Shown: positions 12,625 to 25,939 of the stretch, piece by piece
How positions within the stretch are numbered: position 1 is the first letter of the stretch
How the letters are laid out: every line of letters starts with the position of its first letter
DNA from: Glaucostegus cemiculus
Lineage: Eukaryota
Direction of reading: 5' to 3'
NCBI GenBank assembly: GCA_976551045.1
Contig: CDPCPM010000050.1
Span: 10,230,001 to 10,294,000 of the forward strand
DNA: 64,000 nucleotides
Program-made: the position numbers and the translations under genes
Notes under the pieces: generated by a model
The model's database searches: none
The model's input: the letters and a program-made list of their open reading frames with translations, nothing else
Told to the model about the DNA's origin: nothing

Positions 12625-14189
12625 CTGGAGGTGTGGTGGAGGATGTCGAGGAGAGCAGGTGCATTAGCATCACCTCACTGAGGAGGCAGTGCTTGCCATT
12701 ACGAAACCCACAACCAGAGGCAGGACTGAAGATGCTGCAAGTTTCAGATCTAATTCTTCTCACATCTTACTTGCTTCACAGCCCTCAGCATTTTTGGGTT
12801 TAAAAGCTGCAGGGGGATGTGGACGCATGCCTCTTACTTCACCCCTTCCCTTGCACCCCATCTACCCCCATCTTCCGTCACCAAACCCCACCTTTATTTT
12901 ATCTCCTTTCACAACTGCAACCTGACCAGGTGGTGGTAGAAGTACAAGAGAGTGTAAACTAAGACTCACTAGCACATAATTTAACCCACTCTGCCACCAG
13001 CTCAGATTCTGACACTGTGAATAATTTAGAGGATAGATTAACGGAGCAATGGGCAGTCGGTGATTCAGTGATATAGATACCTTGCAGCCAGGGCAAGTGA
13101 AGCTCAGCACAGGTGCCAGGGCCCCAGAGGGTGAGGTTGACCACAAGTGGAGAACTCAAGAAGGACATTGGATTTGCATTTCTTCAGGAAAACTGATGAC
13201 TTTGCAAATGAAATGTTTGCTTCATTGGCAGGCATGTCAGACGGTCTCTCTTGAGGAACACGGAAGAGTCAAGTCTCAACCTTCCACAGGACTTTCCACA
13301 GAGTTTGCATTCCAACCCAGAAGTGGTGGCCCAAAGCACATTGAAAATCAAAAAAAGTTGCAGAAGATGGAAATCTGATATAAAAACAGAAAAACTGGAA
13401 AAACTGAAAAGCAGTTCAGGCAGCATCTGCAGAAAGAGAAAGTGTTAATATTTCAGGTCTGGCAAAGGGACCCAGTAACTGTTTCTCTTGGCAGAAGCAC
13501 ATTTGTGGATCCAACAATAATGGTGTGTTTGATGAACAATAGCTTGTTGTTATATCATCTCAGACAGCTGCCAACATTGCTGTGGACACCAGTACTTAAA
13601 TGTGTCTCACACACACTACAAGTCTGTTCTCCAACAGGTAACTAGGATTGCTAATGCCACCCCAGTGGATTGGCGGGAGACCAATGGACAATGTATCTCC
13701 TATCTTCTCTTTGGAAGTCACTTGTGATCTCAGCATTTCAATTCCACAAATGTTTTTATTAACCGTCAGCCAGCCAGTTACCCCTCATGGTCAGAAGATG
13801 CAGTCTGATGTTTGATGTTGTCCTTCAGAGCCAACTGCAGTTCCATCAACTGAAAGTCAGCTGTCTTCTACCAGCCAAACTGCAGCTTTGGGGAATGTTA
13901 GAACATGAAATGGTACACTAAAGATAGGTGCTCTGGGGATGTGACAGGTTAATTGGTTCACACTTTCATGTTACTTGGCCTGGTTCAACTCATAAATTTG
14001 AATTAGGATGTTTATTTTGTATTGCCTTTGTTGCTGCATCGTAGCCTAGCAGACACTGAGAATGATGTGGGGAAGGCTTGCGAAGGGGAAACTGGACTGT
14101 GTTCATGTGTCTCTCTGTTGAACATCTTGTTTATAATGAGAACACTCAGTAAAGAGCAGGCCATGTTGACTTGGTGCTTCATTCTCCTG

Positions 14190-14510
14190 CTCATCCTTTC
14201 CTTCTTACTTAACATTCACCACCTCCTCCTCCTCTGCAGCTGCTTGCTGAATGTCTGGCGGTTAGCACTAATTTGTTATGATGTTGAAGTTGTGCAAGAC
14301 TCCACCATGATTACTGCAGCAGTCTGCCAGTATGGAGTAGACAGCAGAGTCATTCTTTTAGCATTCCAATGAACTCATTTCATGAGAGCGTGACATTCAT
14401 TGTCTTAATTTCCTCACGAAAGGATCGTGACTACTTCTGGGATACCAGCCACTGATGTCCATGATTTGCAATCTATGGTCATACAGGGCTGGACACTGAG
14501 GCATTGGAAT
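14190..14510 (-). mobile_element. Decayed PIF/Harbinger transposase relic
   Basis: Minus-strand translation with frameshifts: FQCLSVQ/YDHRLQIMDISGWYPRSSHDPFV ... NECHALMK ... FIGMLKR ... VLHNF, matching HARBI1-type motifs SLNVQ..CDH..YPGSxHD, YNxxH, IGxLKxRF, LHN. Confidence 0.7.
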
Positions 14511-14774
14511 TGAAATGGAGGGAAGTTATGCCAAGCTTGAATCGAACCTTGGTTAGCTTATGGTTAGAATACAATGTACAGTTCTGGTGAGAATGTGGAA
14601 CTCACAACACATCAGCGTATGATGGAAGTGTATTTCAAGGCTGGACAAGTATATGAGGGAGAGTGGAATAGAAGGTTACAATGATGGATTCAGAGGAGAA
14701 GAACAGAAGGAGGTTGAAGTGGAGAGTAAATGGCGGCTGCACTAATTGGGTCACGTGGTTAGTTTCCCACTTAC

Positions 14775-15135
14775 TACGACACAGAAGGAGGCCATTCAGT
14801 CCATTGAGTCCATACTGACTCCGAATAGAGCAATGTCATGAATCCCATTTTTTATTCCTCTTTAGCCCTACAACTTATTCTCTCGACTCCCCTTTGAATG
14901 TACTTAACACTTATCACATCACACTACTTACCTACTCTTCGGCATAATTTACATTAGACAGTTGACCTACCAGCATGTCATTGGAATGCAGGAGGGAACT
15001 AGAGCACCCTGCGGAAACCCACACTGTCATGGGAAGAATGTCTGGGAAACTCCACCCGGACAGAACACAAGGTCAGTATTGATCCTGAGTCCTAGGATCT
15101 GTAAGGCAGCAATTCCAATTTTTACACCACATTGC
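14775..15135 (-). mobile_element. Degenerate V-SINE
   Basis: acagaaggaggccattcag tail; ttggaatgcaggagggaactagagcaccc..gaaaccca reverse V-domain. Confidence 0.7.
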
Positions 15136-17978
15136 CAGCATTTTGCACCCTTTATCCCACATGATCCTAAATTATATAAAATTCCTTTTGACTGAAGTGT
15201 AAGGCATGCACAAAGTAACTTGCATACAGTCAGTAGTACCATACACCATAGAGAAGCCTAAAACCAAGTAAAGCCATCTGCACATTTTATTGTTTGTCTC
15301 TAGAAAGCAAAAATGGAATGTGATCAGTTTTCTTTGAATAGGGAGCCTATACTCCTGCCTTACACAAAAGTGGAAGGCAAATTGAGAGATATTGCAAATA
15401 CCATCAGCCCAAGCTTGGAAGTTGTCAAATGCTTAATAATTCATTGCCACAGTGACATTCAGCCAATAGGAATGCAATCCTCATATTGAACTTTTCTGCT
15501 TTAGCTGATAATTGAAATAAAAACACCTTGAAAACTGAGCAGAAATTTTGCTATTATATGTTTTTACTCACATAAACCTCTGAGCTGACAATATTTTTTT
15601 TAGAATGTGGTTTACGGAATGCAAATTTTGAGGACAGACAATTGGCCAACCACTTGTGTTCACAAATATGTAACAAAGTAGGTTCATTGGTGACTTTGGT
15701 AACTCGAGTGGGGTAGGAGAGGGCAGAGGGATGAAAAACAGTGAATAGTCGATGGCTGATTTTGAATGTGCAGGAACTGTTATTGTCATTATCAGTTTAA
15801 ATGTACTGAAACTTGTATTTGTCTAAAATTTCTAATAATGGCTTAAAAAAAGCAATGTCAGCAAACATTTATACTAATGCAAAAACAGCACTGAACAAAA
15901 ACAGAAATGAAATTCCAGTCTTGGCAGTAGGAAATGACAGACTTTAGTACAAGGACTGAGGTGCAGAGATCTCCCCCCACACTGAGGTGGAGGTACAGGA
16001 ATGGCTTACCAAGCACCCTACGTTAATACGGCTACTACCCTATGGCTGAAGGCATGGTTCACAGGCTTCCTCCAGAAGTTTGTTCAGCTCTGTGAGCCCC
16101 CTACTAATTCTCCTCATGCAGGCAGCTGGAAACAGCTGGTTGACACAGATGCCTTGAAGTCAGGATGAAACCCTTTGGCATCCGCGCCACCACTCCTTGT
16201 GGATCACTGTGACTTGAAACAACCAAATTCATGTGAGATCAAAGCAACAGCCAGCTGCAATCAAAAAGCACCCATCCCATATGTAGTTCATCCTTTTAAA
16301 TTGCACTGCTAGGAATACATGCCAGGCTCACGTTCAGCTGTGCGAGGTTAAAAAAGCACATTGTCCAGGGTGCTGAGCCTCAAATGGCAACAGAGGTGCC
16401 ACAGCACACTAGATTCACAAATTGATCTGTCCATTCTGCACACATTGTCAGACGTTCCTTGCATGCAGGCTTGTACTAAATAGGCTATCCATGTGATTCA
16501 CCCCACAAATGTGTGCATATGCCTTACATGTGCCTTTTTAGCGCCCTAGATACACTTCTAGTGACCCAAATATGGCTGTTCACAACACCAATTTCCTGCC
16601 AATGTTTCTTCTTAAACTTGGTTATAAGTGTTGCAATGTAAACTGAGAGAAATAATGCATTCATGGTATCGCAGGGGAATTTTTAGCCCATGTTGAGCAT
16701 AATTTGGAGTAAGGTTACGTTTTCCTTGAGAACTTAAATTTTTAATCACTAGCAAAGGTTTGATGGTGAAATAAGCCCTCTGTGATTTCACTGAATTTTT
16801 CAGCGAGAAAGAAACAACGTTGGTTGAGTAAGTCATGTAAAGCTTGCAATAGATAATTAATTGTCACAAATAATAAGAATTTTAAAATCTGGAGAAATTC
16901 TGCAATGGCACCTATATTTCAAGTAAAAAGGAGATCAAAAGTACTGATTAACAAAATGCTCCTGTTAACTGTTGGCTTTTCCTCCATTCTAGTTTTCCTA
17001 TTGAAGGTCAGTGCCCGAGCATACTCTCCCTAATTAGCTAATTATAAAACATTTCTAAAACTAAAAGAGAGTCACATGAAATAATTATGGCTGCATATCA
17101 TTACTGTGTGCAAGTTTGAAGCATTTTAATGTAATTTTTTAAATTAAATAATATCAATTATTATTTTCAGTAACTCTTGCTATAACCCAGGGCAAAATTT
17201 AGTTTATGCATCAAAAGAAGTTCAGTATTAACATGATGGACAAGATTAATGGAAAATACCTGACTTAACCTTATCCTCAGGCCCATAATGCTGATTGAAA
17301 AGGCAACCAAGACTTTCAGCAAGGGTTATGCTATAACTATTCAAAAGCTTCCAACATACACAGCTCTGGGCAAATGATGAAGGATAGCTATAGTGTTAAT
17401 CCTGAGTGGAAAACAAATATTTAAATTTGACTTTCAGTCCCCCAACTGTCAAAGATGCACATTTTGATCATTCTTTCATTTTAAACCTTCTTTTATTCGA
17501 CATGTGCTATTTTACAGTTACAAAGTTGAATCTTAAGAAGACCTTTAAACCTTGAGAGTGCTTTGTAAACATTCATATAAATTACCTTATGGGAGTAAGA
17601 GGTGATGGTCTATTAGTATTGCTTATTGTTTCGCAGAATTAGAGAAATTTGGAAGTGAATAAATCATTGCATTAAGCAGTTAAGTTTTAAACTTAGCTTT
17701 GTTCATGGGATGCATTATTGGTTCCAATAGTCCACTATGGTTTGTGCTCCTCATGTCGGCTGACACTCTGCAGTACAGCAGGAGCACTTCATTGTGAGTG
17801 GTGATATGCTCCATTCATTCATTCGTTTATGGGAGTGTCAATGCAATAATGGGAAGTTGGCTGATTTGACTCTAGCTCTTTTATAATTCCTTTATCATAT
17901 AAGATTAATGAAGTAATCATGATTGTTTAAGCAATACAGTTTTATTGTTTCATCCTTGAAAACTCTTTACAGAAATCA

Positions 17979-20900
17979 TTGAATGCTGCTTTTAAGTCTG
18001 CAACACAGGATGTTTATCATGCTCCTGTAAAATGTGCAATGGAAAGTACAAATTGTTCATCAAGAGAAGAAAGCTATCAGTCCCCTGTGAGGGTTCTTAC
18101 CCTTCACACTTCATACATTTTAGGTCCTCTCATTTCCATTGTCATTTACTGTACATCCAGAACCCAGTCCCACTTGTCCAGTGGTCTGGCATTGCTGGCC
18201 TAATCTGATTTTTAGTCTTTCCAGGTGACAGAGAAATATATGGGAGAAGGGATTGATGTGAGCCAGTATAGACTAAGAAAACTGAAAGGCCTCCTTCTAT
18301 GCTACAAGAGAATACCATATGAAAAGGTGAAAGATGATGGTAAAATTGGGAGATTTTTCTCTCAGATTCAAAAAAGAAAAACTGTTAAAACATTTGCCTT
18401 TCACTGGACAAGGTAACAGAAGGGTTTTAGATCAGTTCCCAACTCTCCAATTAAATGCAGTGTCACAGGAGGAAAGAAGTGATTCAGCTCTGCAGAATTT
18501 AACATTGATGCTCCATGCAACAAATAGTTGTACTTCCTGCTTACATACTCAGTCCTCACCTCTTTGTGCAACTAAGTCTGGTCTTACTGGAGGAGCAGAA
18601 GTCTCTAAAAAATACCTCCAGATCTGAAAGAGTTGTTCAAGGCTTCCCAAGTGGATTCTTAAAACCAGCCCAAAAATGTGAAAATAGGAAACCCATCAAA
18701 CTTTATGGAAAAACAAATCCTGTACAAAGATTTTGCAACCAAACAGCATGCCTATGCTGTCACCAGAAGATATTAACCCAGAAATTGACTTGCAAAATAC
18801 CAGTAAGGTTGGGTTAGTGTGGAATGAATCAATTTTGCACACTTCTCTGTTAACATCAGCTGTTAGTTGTGTGTACACATTTGATGCATGTCTTCCAGGT
18901 ACTCTAGTGCTTTTTCTCCAATGTGCCTAAATGATATCAGTGGTACTGTAATGTCTAAAATTCACTCCTTGAAAGATTTCCCATCACATTCGTCTGAGGG
19001 TCACTGGTACTGCTCACTCTCAGAAGAACCATCTTTCAACAATGCTGGAGGCTGAAACTGAACATTAGTTAACTGGGGAGACACAATTCACCTGTTGTCA
19101 TGGGAACTCAGCAAAGCAAACTTCAAGTAGGCAAACCTACACTGGGTTCCCAGTAACATCTCTCCAAGATGGTGTCAACAAGTTCATTCCTCAGATTTCT
19201 TGCCTGAAAAGCCAGAAGAAGAGAAGCACTTCCATGCTCATCAGATGAGAAATGAGCGAAAAGTTGGTGGGAGATATCTACTAAAGGAGGTGGCATCAAA
19301 AACTTCCTCCAACAGGTTTCACTCTCCACTCAACACTGCTGCAGGAGTATGAAAGTAACCCTCAATCACATCCTCGACTACTGAAGCTCTTAAAAATAAG
19401 CTCATACAAGTGTCTGCATTGGTCTCAAAATCAAAGGTGTTCACTCTCAGAAACGTTGGCTCAGGATCCTTGCAGAGATATATCACATGTGACACTGCTG
19501 CTCACTGCTGCAAGGAGAGCTCTGCCAACAAAGTGGGGAACGTCTGATTTGTGGTGAATGTGATTTTTTTTGCATTCATTTGACTGCATTGCAGAATTCC
19601 CAAAAGTGCAGATATTCATGCAGGGGACTGCAGGGGTCTATAGACATCTCCCTGGCAACTTCTTTAGTGTCAATTGCACAAGGAAACTACATCCTGCATA
19701 TTGTACATCATAAGTCTTTGAAGGCTTCTCAATGCCCTGGGACAACTCTGCCAATTAACTCCTTTCCCAACACTCTTGTACTCCAGCACTCCTACACACA
19801 TGCACTCCTTTCCCAACCTCTGCTCGGCTGTATTATGCTGTGACCCTTTACTTCCTGTACTCCAGTTCAAAACTGTGAGGAAGGAGGAGATGACCATGGG
19901 AAGATAGACATCTAATGCCTACCGTTCCTGAAACAGTATGATGTTACACAAGGGTGCCAAGTTCCACTGATTTGGAATGGTGATAACAAGTTTCACAATT
20001 TTTAAAGTGATTATACCATTTTAATGTTTTAAAAATGGTGTAGGGGACTTTAAGATATGGTAAATTTTGATGTGACAGATTTTGTTATTTTTAAAAGCAA
20101 ACAACAATCCTGATAAATTTTTGAAAAGGAAGATTCAGATTATTAATGCCCTGAGAAGAATAGAAATCACGCCCAAGTGCTTAGAATCTTTCTGGCATCT
20201 TTCACATTAGTGGTGGCATCTGAATTAGTGCATCAGCTAACTGAAGAATTTACCGATTACCATCCCGCAGATCAGTGAAATACTGGGAATGCAAACTGAA
20301 GGCATGTCCCAATCAATGGAACAGCTCTGGTTTGGAATTTCTCAGGTAAAATCTGCTTTTACTTGGTCTAGCAGTTTCACTTTGTTCCTGAAGGTTGTCA
20401 AGTATCTCCGAATGCTTCTGGAAAACAAAATCTGACCCAGTACGATGTTTTCCCTCATTAAAGGAAAATCAAATTAAATCAAATTTGCATCTCTGATTAC
20501 GTGCAAGGTGAATGTGTTAGACTGACAGCTGTCACTCCTTTTAACATGAAAGTAATTTTCTGCTTCAGGCCAAGCAAACAACCGACATAACCTCCAGCAT
20601 AAGATCTCAGCAGCAACATCTGGAGAACAAGTATTAGCCGATGGAGGTACAATCCAAAGTCCAGCTTCTGCCATCACATGCCAGAAAATGTAAGCATTGC
20701 TGTTGCTATGCTAGTAGCCTTGAACGTTTTTAGACAAGGAAAATGCTGCAGAATATTACAGAGGGTTTTTTTTGATTTCATGTGTTCATGGTCAGCTAAA
20801 GCCATGAATGGGAATATTCAGACATCAAGCAATTAACTGAATATCAGTCCAGAGGATCACATCCTCTGTGCTGCTTTCAAATTTCATGACCACTTTACTT

Positions 20901-21600
20901 AAGGTTGTGTAATGGCTGTTCTATTTTCTTTATCAACCTCATGTTAGTGGAAAATAATACCAATCCATCTGATCTGTTGATGTTTACTGAATGGACCCAA
21001 CTAATGTGCTGGAAAGATCTGCACCTTTACAAAAAATGTTCAAAAAGTGCAATTCATTCGTGAGGTTCTGGCCATGTCTTCATATTTAGAGGCTACAAAT
21101 AAATAGAAGTGTCTTCAAAACATTTCTTGTTTTAAAATGTAAAAAGATCTAATAGCTTGCTCTGTCAACAACAAGCTTATCTTCTTTAACTTGGAATGTA
21201 AGCAGTGTCTGATAAAAGTTTTATCCTAAGATAAACTCTGCCTATTTGGAATGCTGAATCTCTCATGTCAACCCATTAACCCTTTAAGAACCATGCCAGT
21301 ATTTTGGCAACAAATGCTCTGAGGTTATGGAGTGGGCTTGTTTTTACTCGAGTGGAATTTCAGTGCAATTTTAATACTAAAACAGAATTATTAATAATCT
21401 TTTCATTCTGCTGTGGCATGGCTTATTTCCTCTGATCCGTATTTCTAGAAAGGGATCTTCCCATATGCTTCCAAAATATACTGTTCAGTCTGATCAGAGG
21501 GATCATCCAACATCTTTGATAATTGAAGAGGTGTTTGGGAGACCAGGAGAACTGGTGTGCATTGGGCTAGACAGGTGATCGGACTGACTGTCAAGAGTAA
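17979..21600 (+). pseudogene. Disabled, essentially intronless WDR64-like (WDR64/WDR49/EFCAB8 family, EF-hand+WD40) pseudogene
   Basis: Collinear peptides across many stops and frameshifts versus recalled WDR64: EKYMGEGID; FPTLQLNAVSQE; SAVSC..GTLVL; VGKP; HQKLPPTGFTLHSTLLQEYESNPQSH (HGMLITG..IQDTKQVPHTH); NKLIQV (NKYFHQV); SGERLICGECD (SGFLFATGAYN); CLPFLKQ (LIFLKA); NGTALVWNF (NGVIILWNF); QLMCWKDLH (QLLSWRAH); EEVFGRP (GIVFGSLP). Confidence 0.7.
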
Positions 21601-24069
21601 GTCAAACTTTCTCTTTGTTAGAAACCATAAGTTCATGGGGCACAAGACCAAATGAGCCAACAAAAATCTGGCAAACACCTTGCTGCTGTAGAACCATATA
21701 GCAGGTGACAGACAAAAGCCCCACGAGGCAGGCTGAAAAAAATGTGGTAATGCTTTGTTCAATACAAATACACTCTTTAACTCACTCAGGGTCCTGTTAT
21801 CGTCTGGGAGAGATGACAATCTAGATTAAAACCCAGGCTAATTAAGGAAACTAAAATCTAGAAAGTATACCTCCAACATCCTCAGGTAATCATTACTGGC
21901 ACCAGGTACCATTCTGAACCTGGGTGGTGCCTGCCTCTTAACTGATGCAATCTCCATCTCAATCAAAACAGATAAAGTTTGGTCCAGGTTTGGTGTCTAT
22001 CCTGCAAGTTGGCAGTTCTTCCATATCACCAATACACAACACAGCCCCCAACATTGAAGCCAATTCTGGCCATTGCCTAAACACCACTTCAAAGTCCTGC
22101 TCTCTACTCCCTACCATAGCTCTCTTCAACCTTCCCAACGTAAACACAATCATCAAGGCGTGACCCTCCTGTAGAATTCATCACTCTGGAATACGTCAGC
22201 CTCTGTTGAATAATTAGGGGATGCTGTCAGGCCCTGCTCCCAGTGTGCCACATTTTTGTTTATTTTCTTGTGAGCTGAGTGTGTGGTGAGGAAGTACCTT
22301 GACTGAAGTCGGACGTTTGAGCAGCCTTGTTGCTACCAGCCACAGCATGGTTTAGTGATCAGTGTCCAAGGCCAGGCCATGGGGTCAGACGTCCCTGCTG
22401 TCCTCCTTGATGAGAGGGACAGGTGGAGCTGCTGTTGAAAAATGGCTTTAAAAAGTGATTTGCTTTGCAGAGTGTGAAATTAGAAATATAATCCTTGCAG
22501 GAGATGACCAGGAGTAGTGCACGTTTTTAGATTAATTGGGTGAACATTGACAATCAATCAACATGTAGTCACTCTGCTTCAGCTTTCTGATGTAGAGGGA
22601 AAATCTTAACATACAGATATTTCTTCGTTTGACAGTGTGAGCTGGGAAAAGTATGGAGACCACTGGCACATTTTTATTTTCTTTTATACTCACAAACCAC
22701 ATGTTGGTGCAGTGGTATAGGTCAGATAGATTAGTCTCGTGTTTATTATAGAAAATAATTGCGATTCATACTTGTGACTATTCAGACTTTGTTACATGAT
22801 ACAAGTATAATACCAGGGATTAAAAGTCACATTTTCTTAATTATGAAGCATGCTTTGCACATCCATCAAGTACTGAGGATGTAAGAGGCTCAATTACCAT
22901 CTGTGCTCAAAGCTTCCTTAAAGCAACATCACAACTTCTACATATTACCTATAAATATAATAACCTTGCACTTAACGTAAACCAATTTCCTGCTTCAGAG
23001 AAATTTGGATATACCATAGAATTAGGTTCACAGCAGATATTTTTTCCAATGCTTGTGCTTTTTAGTCAGGAATCTGTAAATGCAAATCTCCCAGTATTCT
23101 TGTTTCGGAGCTGGAGTGGTCTAACATCAAAGAGTTGAGGCCTCATTTTGCATAGCTGATTTATTTCCAGTCAAACTTTATAATCTGTGATTCAATTTTA
23201 CATTGTTCCACTACCACCATGCTGGAATCTGCAGACTTGGCAAACGATGGGCCTATTCTTAATCCTTCACTGAGAGGCTGCAGAGGTTACAGGGCTGATA
23301 TTCACTTTCACATTGACTGCTGTGCCAGCATTTCAGTGATATTTCCTGTACAATAAAATATATAATTGCTCTGTGCAGTAAAGCTGCATCATAGCCCTTT
23401 GAAGTCCTAGGCAGACAGAAATTAAAAATGACTTGCTTTCACTTGCAAATGCCAGGAGCATAATCAGATACACTGTGCTGATCTGGAATATTTCTCTTGC
23501 TGAATAATTGTCAGGATTTGAGGTGTGTAATGTGCAGTTGATGCCACAAGACTATGTACCAGATTCAAGAATAAATCTGATCCAAATGTACAGTACTGCC
23601 ATAAGGAAATTGCTTTCTGTTCAGTTTTAATGCAGGGAAACTGTAATCCTGCCGGAATTTGTCAGTGTACCAATATACTTCCTGAGCCATGCCTCCAACA
23701 CAGCAAGATTGAGACTGTAGAGAGTCGACTGCCACAATAAAGATGTATTCCCTTGATGCTCCAAGTCCAAATGAGCTTATCTTGCACTCCACAGTTTAAT
23801 GTCAAGAAGAATCCAAAGAGATATAGTTCCAAACTTCTTTTTACAACGCTGGATGCCATGTCAAGAGGCCCGGTGCTGGACTCCTCATAGTGCAGTGTGG
23901 AAAAACTCAATCTTACAGAGATTCCTAATCATTTATGCTAGAGCATCAGTTTTCAAACCCAGTTTGGCCTTATGCAAGATCCATAACCACAATGATTTCC
24001 ATGGGGATTGTTGGGCTGCAGAAAAGAAAAAAAAGATGGAAGGTAAGTTCCTTTTTATTTTAATTTTGT

Positions 24070-24480
24070 TTAATCTCAAGTTCAAGTTTATTGTTGTCAA
24101 AGGTATACATAAAAGCCTTGAAAATTAGCTTTTTGCAACAGCAGCACAGTACATTACAAGACAAGGACAAATATAAGTTAACATAAACTTAAATTAAGGT
24201 AAATTATACATAACTTGTACACGTGCAACGTAAGTAACAGAATAAACATAACAACATTAGTGCAAGTTTGAGAGAGAGAAGAAAAATATGGTCCAAGGTA
24301 GTTTTAAGGTTTTACAGGTCGGTGCAAGAACCTGATGGCAGTGGGGAAGAAGCTGTTGTTGAACCTTGAGGTGTTTGTGTTCAGGATCCTGTACCTTCTG
24401 CAGAAGAGGGCATGGCCCAGATGGTGGGGGTCCCTGATGCTAGATGTCACCTTCGTGAGACATTGCTTCTTGTAGATATC
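24070..24480 (-). mobile_element. Rex1/Babar LINE, 3' fragment
   Basis: caagttcaagtttattgttgtc...aacctgatggcagtggggaagaagctgttgttgaacct. Confidence 0.75.
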
Positions 24481-24789
24481 CTATCTGTGATTTGGATTTT
24501 ATTAAATTAAAAGAATATTATTTTTTAATTAAAATTATTTTGTGCCATTGTTAAATATCTCTAAATGTCACAGAATTGACAGCTGACAAAGCCAGAGGTG
24601 GAATTTTACCAGCAGCCAAAGTTTTCAGGGTTGTTTTGGGGGTCAGAGTTTGTTCAGTGTCCCATCAGAGCACCTGCTCTGCTCAGGCATTGACACAGGG
24701 CTGGACCAGCACAGTACGCCCTCTGCATCTGGACCAGGTCAGCTCAGGCATGAGATGAGCTCTAGCAGTTTTCCACATCAGCAGCATCT

Positions 24790-24990
24790 AGTCCATTGTG
24801 CTAATGGCCAGGTCATCAGTTTTGAGGCGCTGACTGAGGGATAAATATCGACAAGGATACTGGGAAAATTCCCTTGGTTTTATTTGAGTAAAGATGTTGG
24901 ATCTTTTGCATCCACCACAGAAGCAGATGGGAGAGGGCTTTTAGTGATCAAATGAAGATAGCAAATACAATCCCCACTTAACAGTAAGGC
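24790..24990 (-). mobile_element. Deu-domain SINE fragment (SacSINE1/AmnSINE1-like)
   Basis: tgagggataaatatcgacaaggatactggg...ggatcttttgcatccacc resembles the reverse Deu core. Confidence 0.55.
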
Positions 24991-25249
24991 CCATTACATC
25001 AGTAATGTATTTAAAAGGATTTGTTCATTGTATGATATTGGGATAATTTTATAGCACCGATCAATTCAAATGCTAATAATTTTGATTAATTAAACTGCCT
25101 ATTTTATGTGTGAAATTTAAAATCCATGAGACATGTTCATGACTGTGTGAGTGTTGTGTCATGTAAAATATGGGCCTAATCTCACTTTCTCCTACAGCAC
25201 TACTGTGTGAAGCTTTCTGCTGTAACAAGTCAAAGAAAGAAACAGAAAG

Positions 25250-25695
25250 AAAGTGTTCATTTATAAACTAGTTATCAGAACTGGAGGATGTTCCAAGACA
25301 CTTCTCAGTTAATGAAGTTCGTCTGCAATAGATTGGTGCAGGGAACATAATAAATAATCTGAGGTTAGCAAACTCCCACAGACAGAAACATATTGCTGGC
25401 TGAATAATTTGCTTTTTTTTATAATTATGATCATTTATGATATTTATGGTAAATATTAGTCAAGATTTCAAAGATATCTCCTTATTTTTCTCATGGTCTT
25501 GTTCATCCTTCTGGGAGAGCTGGTGTAGCATGGGTTTAATGTCACAGCTGAAAGGCAAGAGCCTGTGACAATGGGGTATTCCCTCAGTACTGCACTTGAA
25601 TGTGAGCCGGGATTTTTGTGATGGACTATATCTTGAACCCTCAGTCTTTGCAATCTGGAGTGAAACTGCTACTAAGTGAAGACACAGCTGGTAAA
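25250..25695 (-). mobile_element. Deu-domain SINE, degenerate
   Basis: tccctcagtactgcacttgaatgtgagcc...cttgaaccctcagtc head region; gttcatttata...ccaagacactt tail. Confidence 0.55.
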
Positions 25696-25939
25696 TGTGC
25701 ATGATGAAGATTACTTAAAAATTCTGAACTGAAGGAAATGTGGAGCTCAGGAAATAAATCAGCTACCAACCTTTCTTTCTACTCCTTTTGTGACAAAGTC
25801 AGCTTGGTTTGCATGAGTGGAATTTAAAAATTCTTTACTTTTTTTCCATCTCACATCTCACTTTGATGATTTACTCATCACATCCATCCTCTCCCAGGCC
25901 CAAGAATTAAAACAGACTCGTTTGCATTCATCAAACTTA

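Larger units (their letters stand above)
11880..12760 (+). mobile_element. Decayed PIF/Harbinger transposase relic interrupted by microsatellites
   Basis: Translated fragments in catalytic-domain order: AGFQSVMGD (cf. AGFPxVxGAID), CCDGYIM (cf. SCHDAFIL), SLRRQCLPLRNPQPEA (cf. PLRRWLMTPLRNPQTEA). Confidence 0.5.

Noticed and set aside
12122-12803. ORFs with poly-CV or poly-HT tracts
   Set aside because: Translations of (CA)/(TG) microsatellites
18225-18412. Functional exon (ctttccag|GTG...AAG|gtaaca)
   Set aside because: Better explained as part of the continuous WDR64-like pseudogene; exonisation cannot be excluded without RNA data
23940-24048. Exon ending at strong donor AAG|gtaagt
   Set aside because: No convincing acceptor or frame choice, and no recognisable peptide
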